A DNA stretch of 64,000 bases. It comes from Chloropicon primus (taxonomy: Eukaryota). The notes beneath the pieces were generated by a model. It did not search any database, was not told the DNA's origin, and saw only the letters and a program-made list of their open reading frames with translations. The DNA lies in the NCBI GenBank assembly GCA_023205875.1, contig CP060772.1, forward strand, positions 62,001 through 126,000. The letters are read 5' to 3'. The position numbers were made by a program, and so were the translations under genes. Positions 48,794 through 58,783 of the stretch are shown here, piece by piece (position 1 is the first letter of the stretch; every line of letters begins with the position of its first letter).

Positions 48794-50845
48794 ATGAAGT
48801 CGAACCACAAGGGAGATATCGAGTCGAGGCTCGACTTGTTCAAGGATGATGAAGGCAAGGAGTCGTTCTCCTTCTCTTCTGAATCTTTCAAGAACGTCAG
48901 GGACTCTATCGACCTTCGCCGCCGTAACTCGGACAAGGACAAGAATGGAAAGACGTTCTCTTCCTTGCACTACTTGAGCGAGCCGTGCTCGTTGTCCTGG
49001 AGCGACATCGTTTACAGCGTTCCGGTGAAGAAGGGGAAGAAGGTGATTCTTAACCACTGCTCCGGCCACTTGAAGCCGGGCAAAATGCTGGCCATCTTGG
49101 GCCCCAGTGGATCGGGAAAGACGAGCTTGCTGAACGTGCTGGCGGGCCGAGTCACTTCCGGCGACCTCACCGGCCAGGTCCTGTTGAACGGATCGCCAAG
49201 GAAGGAAGCATTCAGGCTCCTGTCCGCGTACGTGGTGCAGGACGATGCGATGTTCCACACGTTGACGGTCAAGGAGACCATGCTCATCGCTGCTCAGCTT
49301 CGACTGCCATCCCGTGTGCCCATGAAGAAGAAGCAGGAGATCGCGGAGAAGGTGATCACGGAGCTTGGGCTCGCCAAGGTGGCGAACACTCGCGTCGGCA
49401 ACGCTTTCATGAGAGGAATCAGCGGAGGAGAGAAGAAGAGGGTCAACGTCGGCATCGAGATGATGGGCAACCCATCGCTGGTGTTTCTCGATGAGCCTAC
49501 CTCGGGCTTGGATTCCTTCCAGGCGCAAAACGTGGTGCAGAGCCTGAAAGACCTGTCGAACAATGGAAGGACGGTGATCATGACGATTCACCAGCCGAGG
49601 TCAAGCATCTTCCAGATGTTCGACCTCATCATGCTCCTGAGCGAGGGGAACCTGATCTACTTTGGAGGCGCGCACGAGGAGGCGGTCAGGCACTTCCAGT
49701 CCCTCGGCTTCGAGATGCCGCTTCACTTTAACCCTGCGGACTTTTACCTCGACTTGATCTCCATGGACGCGAGGTCCGAGGAGAGCGAGGCGAAGACGAG
49801 GGGAAGGATCGAGATGCTGGCGTCCCACTTCCAGGAAGAGAAAGGAAGCGAGCTCCAGGCGACCGACACTCCCGCTCTGGAGGACTACGCCATGCCCAAG
49901 TCGAACATCTCGGACAGCTCGAGTGACTACAGGGCCTTTGAGCTCCACCAGTTCCAAGTTCTGTTCGGCAGGGCTTTCACTCAGATCACGCGCGACAAGA
50001 TCCCCTTCATCATCAGCATCTGCACTGCGATCTTCTTCTCCGTCATTGTCGGCATGCTTTACATGCACATGGGGAAGAACCAGAAGGGGATCCAGGACAG
50101 GATGGGAGCCCTGTTCTTCGTCGTGGTCAACAACGCCTTTGGCCAGATGTTCGCCATCCTCAACGTGTTCACGACGGAGAAGCTCATCGTGCAGAGGGAG
50201 TTCGCGGCGCGAGCCTACAGCACTTGGCCCTACTACTTTTCGAAATTGCTGGCGGAGCAGCCCTTCAGGCTGGTCGGGCCTCTGGTGTTCTGCGTCGTCT
50301 CGTACCCGATCATCGGGCTGAACCCGGCGTGGGACAGGTTCCTGATCTTCGTCCTCGCCGTCCTGCTCCTCGCGATCGCGGCCCAGACCCTGGGCATCTT
50401 CCTTGGATCCATCTCGAGGAACGAGCAGATCGCCTCGGCCATCAGTCCACTGGCCACCGTCATCCTTTTGCTGTTCGGAGGGTTTTACGTGAACAAGGAT
50501 ACGATACCCCCGGCCCTCAGCTGGATCGAGTACGTGTCTCACATCCAGTGGGCCTTCTCCGCGCTCTGCATCAACGAGTTCGAGGGCCAGGAGGGCTGGG
50601 CATGCGACGGGTACGAGGCGGAGAGTGGCATGTGCGACGTGAACGGGGAGCAGATCCTGCAGAGGTTGAGCATGGACAATCAGACGGTTTGGGAGCCGAT
50701 CATTAGCCAGACCCTCCTCATATGCCTGCTCCACGCCATGGCCTTTTACAGCTTGTGCAAGCTCAAGCCCACGTTCAAGCCTTTGGCCATGAAACCAACC
50801 TGCAAGGAGGAGAAGAACGAAACTCATTTGATCGACGAGGTCTGA
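48794..50845 (+). CDS. ABCG (White-type) half transporter
   Basis: GPSGSGKT, ISGGEKKR, FLDEPTSGLD and TIHQP, followed by a TM domain. Confidence 0.95.
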   Translation: MKSNHKGDIESRLDLFKDDEGKESFSFSSESFKNVRDSIDLRRRNSDKDKNGKTFSSLHYLSEPCSLSWSDIVYSVPVKKGKKVILNHCSGHLKPGKMLAILGPSGSGKTSLLNVLAGRVTSGDLTGQVLLNGSPRKEAFRLLSAYVVQDDAMFHTLTVKETMLIAAQLRLPSRVPMKKKQEIAEKVITELGLAKVANTRVGNAFMRGISGGEKKRVNVGIEMMGNPSLVFLDEPTSGLDSFQAQNVVQSLKDLSNNGRTVIMTIHQPRSSIFQMFDLIMLLSEGNLIYFGGAHEEAVRHFQSLGFEMPLHFNPADFYLDLISMDARSEESEAKTRGRIEMLASHFQEEKGSELQATDTPALEDYAMPKSNISDSSSDYRAFELHQFQVLFGRAFTQITRDKIPFIISICTAIFFSVIVGMLYMHMGKNQKGIQDRMGALFFVVVNNAFGQMFAILNVFTTEKLIVQREFAARAYSTWPYYFSKLLAEQPFRLVGPLVFCVVSYPIIGLNPAWDRFLIFVLAVLLLAIAAQTLGIFLGSISRNEQIASAISPLATVILLLFGGFYVNKDTIPPALSWIEYVSHIQWAFSALCINEFEGQEGWACDGYEAESGMCDVNGEQILQRLSMDNQTVWEPIISQTLLICLLHAMAFYSLCKLKPTFKPLAMKPTCKEEKNETHLIDEV

Positions 50846-51369
50846 CACACGACTGACGTGCGTGGAAGCGACGGTCATCCAAAAGGCAAAAACACAAGCG
50901 CAAGCATGCCACTATAATAATGAAATAACAAACAAACCTTAATAATATGCATCGTGCCATATCATCCGTATTCTCTCTGCCCCCTCCTCGTTGCATGACC
51001 ACCATCCTTCCCAAGTGAGGGCTCTTTGGAGAGAGAACAGAACTTTGGAAAGAGAAAGAGAATGGAAATGGAACCCAACCGGCGTGCCTTGCCCCTTGCC
51101 CCCCCCTCCCCCTCTCCCTCTCTTGCCATCATCATCCAGCATCATCCGGTCCTCCCCTTGGGAAAAACGCTCATTTGAATGAAACGCTTTGTGAGCCACA
51201 CAAAAAACGGCTGTGGCCGGCTGTGACGGAGAGAGAGAGAGAGAGAGAGCGGAGAGAGGAGTTGTGCTCGTAGGAGGTGGACGGAGGTTGTCGTTCCAAG
51301 AAGCGTTGTCTCTTCCTCTTTCGAAAGAGCCGTCGCTCGAAAGATTTGGAGTTCTGAGGAGCTGGCGAG

Positions 51370-51406
<37 letters not shown>

Positions 51407-51434
51407 GGGGGAAGCACTAGTGTGGGGAGGGGAG

Positions 51435-53654
51435 ATGTCGTTCGGATCTTCCTCGGGGGGAGGTTTGGACCCAGATGCTTTAATTTTTGCTGGAAAGTAC
51501 GACGAAGCTCTGCAGGCATTGAATCGGAGCAGTGGTAAGAACCGGAGGTTTTGGTTTTTGGATTTGTGTGTAGTGCGGCTCTTCGATTGGGTTGGCTGAC
51601 ACCGTCATCCTCTCCCTTTCATTCTCGTCCTCATTCTCATTCTCGTTCTCGTTCTCGTTCGTGTTTGTTCGTTCGATGAATCGTGGTGGTGGTCACCGCC
51701 AGGTTCGGACGACCTGAGGCTCGCGGGGAAGAGATGCTACTGCCTGACCCAAATCGGCCGGCACGACGAGGCGATCGGGATGCTGCAGAAGCACCTCTCC
51801 TCGAGAAGGGGGTGGTCCGCGGGGTGGATCGCGAAGGCCAAGGTGCACTTCGACCTGGGGCAGTACGCACAAGCACTGGACTGCCTCACCGATGACGGGA
51901 CGAAGAACCTCAAGAAGGGGTCGTCTCGAGCAATCATGGAGGAGGCTCGCGATCTGCGGGCGTGCATCGGTCAGGTGAGGGACTCCGGGGCGACGGAGCA
52001 CATCAGGGGCAACGTGCAGTACAAGGCCGAGGAGTTCGAGCGTGCTACGAAGCATTACCTCCGAGCAGTGGAGGAATTGCCTTCCATGGAAGACAGGTCC
52101 CTGGGGGAGCAGGAGAGGGAAAGGCTCGGAGCTCTCCACAGCAACCTCTCGGCGTGTTACTTCAAACTCGGGCACGCGGAGGTCTCCAAGAGCAAAGAGA
52201 TGTGGTTCCTGGCGCTCAAGCACGCACTAAAGTGCGTGAAGCTCCGGCCGGGCTGGTCCAAGGGCTACACGAGGAGGGACGACGCCATCAGGGTCCTGGA
52301 CGTCTCCAAAGTTGACGTGAGCGCCATCGAGGAATCCCTGCACAAGACGTTACGGGTCAGCGAAACAAAAGCAGGAGTCGAGGAGGACAACAAAGTGTCC
52401 GGGGACAACGCGTTCAAGAGGGGGGACTTCAGCTCAGCGGTGAACTTCTACACAAAGGCTCTGCAGTCCAACCAAGTCCACCACCCCAAAGCAAAACTGC
52501 ATTCGAACAGGAGCGCGTGCTACGCAAAGCTGGGCAAGTGGGTGCCTGCCCTGGAGGATGGGCAAAAAGCGCTGCAGGAGAGCCCGCGGTGGCACAAGGC
52601 GTGGATGAGGGTGGCCTGCGCGATGGAGGGACTCGGGAATGTTTTGGACGCCTACTGTGTGTACTCCAAGGCCCTCGGGAGCTGCGCGGAGGGCAAGGCC
52701 GAGCTACAACGGAGCATGGCGGCCCTCCTTCCCCTGATTCCTGTCCGGGACACCCACGTGAGCCTCGATTGCCGGGGGAGCAGGTGCCTGGAGAGGTTTC
52801 AGATGGACGCCAACTTTCCTCGGGACAGGACCAGAGTGTTTTGCATCAGTGACGTGCACATCGATCAGCATGGCAACATCGCTTGGTTCAAGAAGCTTAG
52901 CGACGAGAACTTCACCAATGACGTGGTGATAATCGCTGGTGATGTTGGGGACACCATGAACGCGCTGAGAATATGCTTGAAAGAGTTCAAGAAGAGGTTC
53001 AGGAGAGTCTTCTTCACTCCCGGGAACCACGACTTGTGGATCCGAAGGGACACGAGCGATGGCAAGATGTACCCGGATTCCATCGCGAAGATGGGAGCGA
53101 TGCACAACGTTTGCCAGGAGCTTGGGGTTGACATGGGCCCCGCAGAAGTAGCGCAGGGAATATTTGTTGTGCCTCTGTTCAGCTGGTACAACCACACTTT
53201 TGACGAGAGGGATCCAACGCCCGGGGGGCTTCGGTACGACTCGTTCTGCCAGTGGCCACCTTCGTTGGGAGGCCACCTCGAAGTCTGGAAGTACTTCTTG
53301 CTCATGAACAGAGAGAGAGTGGGCAGAGATTACAAGGGCGGCTACAAAGGTCCCGGAACGCCCTATGTGTTCAGCATGAGCCATTTCTTGCCTCGGGCCG
53401 AGCTGCCTTATCCCATGGGGGTTCAGGAGATGGCGAAAGCGGTGGGCTGCAAGGAGCTTGATGTGCAGATCCAGCGGATCAAGAGCGACGTCCACGTGTT
53501 TGGGCACACGCACATGGACATGGACACCACGATGCCTGGGACGGATACGAGATACGTGCAGTCCGCGCTTGATGGAGGGGGAGGCCTGTACAAGCTATAC
53601 GAAGGTCACCACCTCACTGGCACGAGAGTGGACACAAACGGATTTCCGATCTGA
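51435..53654 (+). CDS. TPR-repeat + calcineurin-like metallophosphoesterase (PptH-like) fusion
   Basis: TPRs, then 'SDVHID', 'AGDVGD', 'PGNHDLW', 'SHFLP' and 'FGHTH'. Exon 1 (51435-51534) and intron 51535-51702 are in frame. Confidence 0.88.
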
Positions 53655-53691
53655 TAAAGTTTTATAACGGAAAGTATTCTAACATGCTAGT

Positions 53692-56600
53692 TTACATCTC
53701 GAAATCGGAGTCCGACTCTGATTCATCGTCGCAGAGAGCGTCACTGTCAAACTCAGAGTCATTCTCGAATTCGGAGTCCGACTCTTCGGTTTCGGACAGA
53801 ACAATGGATTTCTTCTTCGCGGCTGCTCGTGCAGTTTTCTTCTTCACCGGGCTGACCCTTCTCACCGTCTTGGTCTTCTGCTGTGGAGAAGGGGAATCCA
53901 ACGATTCCTTCTTGCTCATCTGCTTCCTCTTTGCTGGGGCCTTTGCAGCGGGAACCTTGGCGACATCAATGTCACCGGCTCCGCTTCTGCTTGCAAGGCG
54001 CTCCATGAGAGAAGGCATGAAATCGTCTTCGCTGTCCGAGTCTACCTGGGTGATCCTCTTCTTTGGCGCGGCAGCCTTACCCCTCTTGCTCGGGGCCTTT
54101 GCCTCGATCACAGGAGGAGCAACCTTAACGCCCACTGCCAGTTTCTTTGGCGCAGCCTTTGCTGACTTTCCCTTGGCCTTTCCTTTCCCCTTTCCACCCT
54201 TGGCCCTCTGCTGTTGCTCCGCAAGTTCCTCCTGGAGTTTCTTCTCCTCCGCGGCCACGACATCCAAGTTCTCCTCCAGTTGCTCAATGTCATCGAGCCA
54301 CATATCGGTTGGCTTGGTGCCGCGAATCTTCTGAACGGCCTCCTTCTTCTGATCGTACTCGTTCTGCAGATCCTGGACCTTCTCCAGGGACAAGCTCCAC
54401 AGGGGCATGCTCAAAAGGTAATCGTAGGAGACCTTGGCGCCGGCCTTGGAGGACTTGGGCGAAGCCTCGTCGTCCTCGTCATTCTCCTGGTTCTGCTTGG
54501 AAGCCTTGGACTTGCCACCCTTGGTGAGGCGGTCGAACCCGAGGTTGTCAAGGTCAGACTCGATGTCAGCCTTCTTCCTGTTTGAGATGACGAGCTCACC
54601 GTTCACCACCATGAGGATGAACCTCACTTTGTTGTCGAGCCTCTTCATCTGCTCCTCCTCATCCTGAAGCATGCAGTCCTTCCTCTTCTGGTAGAACTCA
54701 AGCCTCTTGTCGCAGAACTCCTCGATGATCTCCTCAGGGGCGGTGTAGCGCTTGATCAGACCCTCGGAGGAGAACAGATGCATGTTGGAGGTCGAGATCG
54801 TCGTCAGGAGCTTGAAGGTCTTGTAGATGCCCTGCTTCTGCGCAAGCTCCAAGTTCTTCTCAGGAAGAGTCACAACGAAATGCACGCTCGTGTCGGTGTG
54901 GTACTCCTTGTAATCCGTGATGAAGGGCTGCTGTTCCTTCTTCACAGGCTTCATGAGGGCCTCCAAAAAGTCCTTGTAGTCCTGGGTCCACTTCCTCAGT
55001 GGAAGCTCCACGATCTCGATGGTCTTCTCGTCAATGATGTTGATGATGCCGCTCACGGAGAAGCTCTCGCCCTTGTCCGCGCTGGCGCCCTTGGTGATCA
55101 CCCTCGAGATCTCCCCCTCGAATCCCTTGTACCACGGGACCATACTCTCCATCGGCATTCCCGAGATGTAACGCTTCACATTTGCGGCCACGTCCTTTGG
55201 GTTGTAGTTGGGAATGGACGTGCTCCAACCAGTGCCAATGCCGTCGGCTCCGTTGAGGAGAACGAGGGGAAGGACTGGGAGGTACCACTCGGGCTCGATG
55301 CTCTGCCCGTCCTCGTCCAAGTAGTTGAGGAGCCTGTCGTCCTCCTCACGGAACAGGTAGCGCGCCAAAGGCCCGAGCCTGGTGTAAATGTACCTTGGGG
55401 AGGCGCTATCCTTGCCACCCTGCAGCCTGGTTCCGAACTGCCCCGATGGGAACAGCAAGTTCACGTTGTTGGACCCAACGTAGTCCTGGGCCAGGCCAAC
55501 AATGGTGCTGGCAAGACTCTGCTCTCCGTGGTGGTACGCAGAGTGCTCCGAGACGTATCCCGCGAACTGGGCGACCTTGATGTCGGACTTGAGGTTGCGC
55601 TTGAACCCACAGTACATGATCTTCCTCTGGCCGGGCTTGAAGCCATCGAGGATACAAGGAATGGACCTCTCCAGATCAGCCCTGGAGAACAAGATCAATT
55701 CCTTGTTGATGAAGTCCTTGTAAGGGATCTCCGAGCAGTTGTGGTCCAAGAAAGTCCCTGGCTGGAACGAGTTCAGCCACCTCTTCCTGTCATCCACGTG
55801 CTTCTTCGAGAACACCATCTCGATCAGCTTGCCGTCCTCATCGCAAGTGTACGTGAAGTCCTTGGAGTTCTTCTGCAAGTCAGCAAAGTACTCCTTGGCT
55901 TCCTTTGCCGTGGAAGTACCCAGACCCTTGTAGTACTTGATCTTCCAGCCCTTCTCATTCGCGGAGGCCTCCTTCCAGCTCTCGTACTCTGGTAGGGTGT
56001 AGAAGACCTTGACGTCCTTGCCGTTGTTGCGGGTGGCCTTGACGATCGGGGTGACGAACTCCACCATGAAACCTGGCATCTTCACCAGCGACGGGAAGAA
56101 GTGATGCATGAAGTTGATCACAAGGCCCTTGATGTGCGATCCATCGTGATCCTGATCCGTCATGATCATCAGGTGGCCATAACGCAGGGACTTGGTGTCC
56201 TCGTACTTCTTGCCGTGCTGCAATCCCAGGATCTGCTTCAGGTAGGTGATCTCCGCGTTGTTCATGACTTGCTGGGTGCTGGCGTCCCTAACGTTGAGCA
56301 GCTTTCCCCTCAAGGGGAAGACTCCGTACCTGTCCCTTCCCACCACGCTCAGGCCACTCACCGCGAGGGCCTTCGCACTGTCTCCCTCAGTCAGAATGAG
56401 GGTGCAGTGTTGAGAGTTCCTGCCTCCGGCGTCGTTCGCGTCGTCCAGCTTTGGGATCCCGGTGAGCCTGGTCTTCTTCGATCCGTCCTGCTTCTTGAGC
56501 TGCTTGTTCTCCTTGAAGTTGGCCCACTCCAAGATGTTGTCCACGACCCCGGATTTCTCGAATTTTTTCATGAAGGTGTCGGACAAGTCGCACTTGGAGC

Positions 56601-58026
56601 CGAACGCGCTCGCCTTGAGCGTCAAGAACTCCTTGGTCTGGGAGTCGAACGAGGGGTTCTCGATCATGGCGTTGACAAAGACCCAAATGTGGCTCTTCAC
56701 GTGAGCAGGCTTGAGCTTCTTGTGCTTCTTGAGGGTCTTGGTCCCCAGCAGCTTCTTCGCGAGGCTGTCCGCCACGAGGTTGGCGTGGGTCCCCCCCTTG
56801 AGCGTGCAGATCGAGTTCACGAACGACACCTGGTTGAACTGCCCCTCGGTGGCTACGCTGGCGCAGACCTCCCACCTGTCGTTCACCTTCTCGTAGACGC
56901 GCGGCAGGGCCCCCTCCGCCCCTGGCTTTCCGATGTACAGGTTGACGTAGTCCTGAAAGTTCTTGATGGGGAGCTGCCTGTCGTTGAGGTACACCTTGAC
57001 CTTGCGCTTGGCCAAGCAACCTGCCGCGTCCACGACCCTCTTCTTCATGAGGAGCATGGTCTCCGTCTCCGCGAGGGACTCCAGCCCAAACTTCTCGAGG
57101 TCGGGCTTGAACGAGACGCAAGTCCAGTTGTCCCTCTTCAAGCACTTTGTGATCTCGGGCTTCCCGATCTCCTTCATGTTGTTCGAGAACCTCTGCCTGT
57201 ACCTCTTCTGCGATCCCTTGCCGTCGCAAGTCTCGATCACAAACTCCGAGGAGAAGATGTTCGTGAGCTTCGAACCGTAACCGTTCCTTCCGCCCGTCAA
57301 CTTCTTCTCCCCGTCGTCGTAGTTGCTCGACGTCAACAAGTGACCAAAGATCAATTCCGGGACGTGGACGCCCTCCGCCTTGTGCATCTCCACCGGAATC
57401 CCTTTCCCGTTGTTGAACACCCTAATCGTTCCGTTCTCCTTGTCGAAGTCAACCCTCAGGGTGTCCATACTCGAGTCCCTCACACTGTGGTCGCAAGCGT
57501 TCACCAATATCTCATCGAAGATCTTGTACAACCCAGGAACGAACTCGATCGCTTTGTGTTCGAAAGAGAGCGAAGGGGGAGAACAATCGTTGCAGTCCAT
57601 GGCATCCGATCGATCTTCCTCCTCCTCCTTGAGGATCCAAACGTTCTGCTGCTGCCTCTCGATGGAACCTACGTAAGTGTCAGGTCGAAGGAGTATATGC
57701 TCGAGCTGGCTGAGTTTCTGGTACGTCTGCTCAATCGTCTTGCCATCTGCACCAGAAGCTCCGTCGCCACCAACGTCGCCATCATTTCCGTCGTACTCGT
57801 CCTCCTCCTCGTCAATCCTGTTGGTCTTCTCCGCCAATGCAGAACGTGCACGGGATGATGGTTTCTTCTTTGTGGAACCATTTTTCGAGTTTGGCTTCGT
57901 TTTCTTGACGGATTGGACGACACGGGACGCCTTTCCAAGCTTAGCGCGTGGCGCGTACTCCATGTCCTCATCGTTCTCGTCGTCGTACTCGTAATCGTCC
58001 TCCTCGTACACGCAAGTCGTCGCCAT
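53692..58026 (-). CDS. TOP2: DNA topoisomerase II
   Basis: 'EHILLRPDTYVGS', 'GGRNGYG', 'EGDSA', 'PLRGK', 'MTDQDHDGSHI', 'YYKGLGTS' and 'ASPRYI'. Confidence 0.98.
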   Translation of the reverse strand: MATTCVYEEDDYEYDDENDEDMEYAPRAKLGKASRVVQSVKKTKPNSKNGSTKKKPSSRARSALAEKTNRIDEEEDEYDGNDGDVGGDGASGADGKTIEQTYQKLSQLEHILLRPDTYVGSIERQQQNVWILKEEEEDRSDAMDCNDCSPPSLSFEHKAIEFVPGLYKIFDEILVNACDHSVRDSSMDTLRVDFDKENGTIRVFNNGKGIPVEMHKAEGVHVPELIFGHLLTSSNYDDGEKKLTGGRNGYGSKLTNIFSSEFVIETCDGKGSQKRYRQRFSNNMKEIGKPEITKCLKRDNWTCVSFKPDLEKFGLESLAETETMLLMKKRVVDAAGCLAKRKVKVYLNDRQLPIKNFQDYVNLYIGKPGAEGALPRVYEKVNDRWEVCASVATEGQFNQVSFVNSICTLKGGTHANLVADSLAKKLLGTKTLKKHKKLKPAHVKSHIWVFVNAMIENPSFDSQTKEFLTLKASAFGSKCDLSDTFMKKFEKSGVVDNILEWANFKENKQLKKQDGSKKTRLTGIPKLDDANDAGGRNSQHCTLILTEGDSAKALAVSGLSVVGRDRYGVFPLRGKLLNVRDASTQQVMNNAEITYLKQILGLQHGKKYEDTKSLRYGHLMIMTDQDHDGSHIKGLVINFMHHFFPSLVKMPGFMVEFVTPIVKATRNNGKDVKVFYTLPEYESWKEASANEKGWKIKYYKGLGTSTAKEAKEYFADLQKNSKDFTYTCDEDGKLIEMVFSKKHVDDRKRWLNSFQPGTFLDHNCSEIPYKDFINKELILFSRADLERSIPCILDGFKPGQRKIMYCGFKRNLKSDIKVAQFAGYVSEHSAYHHGEQSLASTIVGLAQDYVGSNNVNLLFPSGQFGTRLQGGKDSASPRYIYTRLGPLARYLFREEDDRLLNYLDEDGQSIEPEWYLPVLPLVLLNGADGIGTGWSTSIPNYNPKDVAANVKRYISGMPMESMVPWYKGFEGEISRVITKGASADKGESFSVSGIINIIDEKTIEIVELPLRKWTQDYKDFLEALMKPVKKEQQPFITDYKEYHTDTSVHFVVTLPEKNLELAQKQGIYKTFKLLTTISTSNMHLFSSEGLIKRYTAPEEIIEEFCDKRLEFYQKRKDCMLQDEEEQMKRLDNKVRFILMVVNGELVISNRKKADIESDLDNLGFDRLTKGGKSKASKQNQENDEDDEASPKSSKAGAKVSYDYLLSMPLWSLSLEKVQDLQNEYDQKKEAVQKIRGTKPTDMWLDDIEQLEENLDVVAAEEKKLQEELAEQQQRAKGGKGKGKAKGKSAKAAPKKLAVGVKVAPPVIEAKAPSKRGKAAAPKKRITQVDSDSEDDFMPSLMERLASRSGAGDIDVAKVPAAKAPAKRKQMSKKESLDSPSPQQKTKTVRRVSPVKKKTARAAAKKKSIVLSETEESDSEFENDSEFDSDALCDDESESDSDFEM

Positions 58027-58149
58027 GATCACCAAACCGTTTGATCGATCGCGATCGATCCCCCCAACGGCTCGTCTGTCAAAAAAAGAAATTGAACGGC
58101 TTGGCTGAAAAAAGGTGTACAGAGAGGAGCAAAAAGGAAAGAGAATGAG

Positions 58150-58714
58150 AGGAGAGGAGATGATGAGGGAGAGGCAGGAGAGGAGGATCAACCATTGATG
58201 AAGGAAGGAAGGAATGTCCTGCTGCTCTCATTGTGTTGTGCCTTTCCCTTGCTCTCTCTTGCTGCTTCCAAAGAGAAGAGACCTCACTTGATAAGAATGA
58301 GAGGAGGAGGTGATGAGATGATGAGGGAGAGGCAGGAGAGGAGGATCAACCATTGATGAAGGAAGGAAGGAATGTCCTGCTGCTCTCATTGTGTTGTGCC
58401 TTTCCCTTGCTCTCTCTTGCTGCTTCCAAAGAGAAGAGACCTCACTTGATAAGAATGAGAGGAGGAGAGGAGAGGAGATGATGAGGGAGAGGCAGGAGAG
58501 GAGGATCAACCATTGATGAAGGAAGGAAGGAATGTCCTGCTGCTCTCATTGTGTTGTGCCTTTCCCTTGCTCTCTCTTGCTGCTTCCAAAGAGAAGAGAC
58601 CTCACTTGATAAGAATGAGAGGAGGAGAGGAGAGGAGATGATGAGGGAGAGGCAGGAGAGGAGGATCAAACAAAGGAAGGAAGGAATGTCCTGCTGCTCT
58701 CATTGTGTTGTGCC
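58150..58714. repeat. ~160-bp tandem repeat, ~3.5 copies
   Basis: caaccattgatgaagg recurs at about 58189, 58348 and 58508. Confidence 0.9.
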
Positions 58715-58783
58715 TATTATTATAGTATAATTATTATAGTTAAAGTAATATGCTATTGGTTCTACGAACTTGTCAGCACTGCG

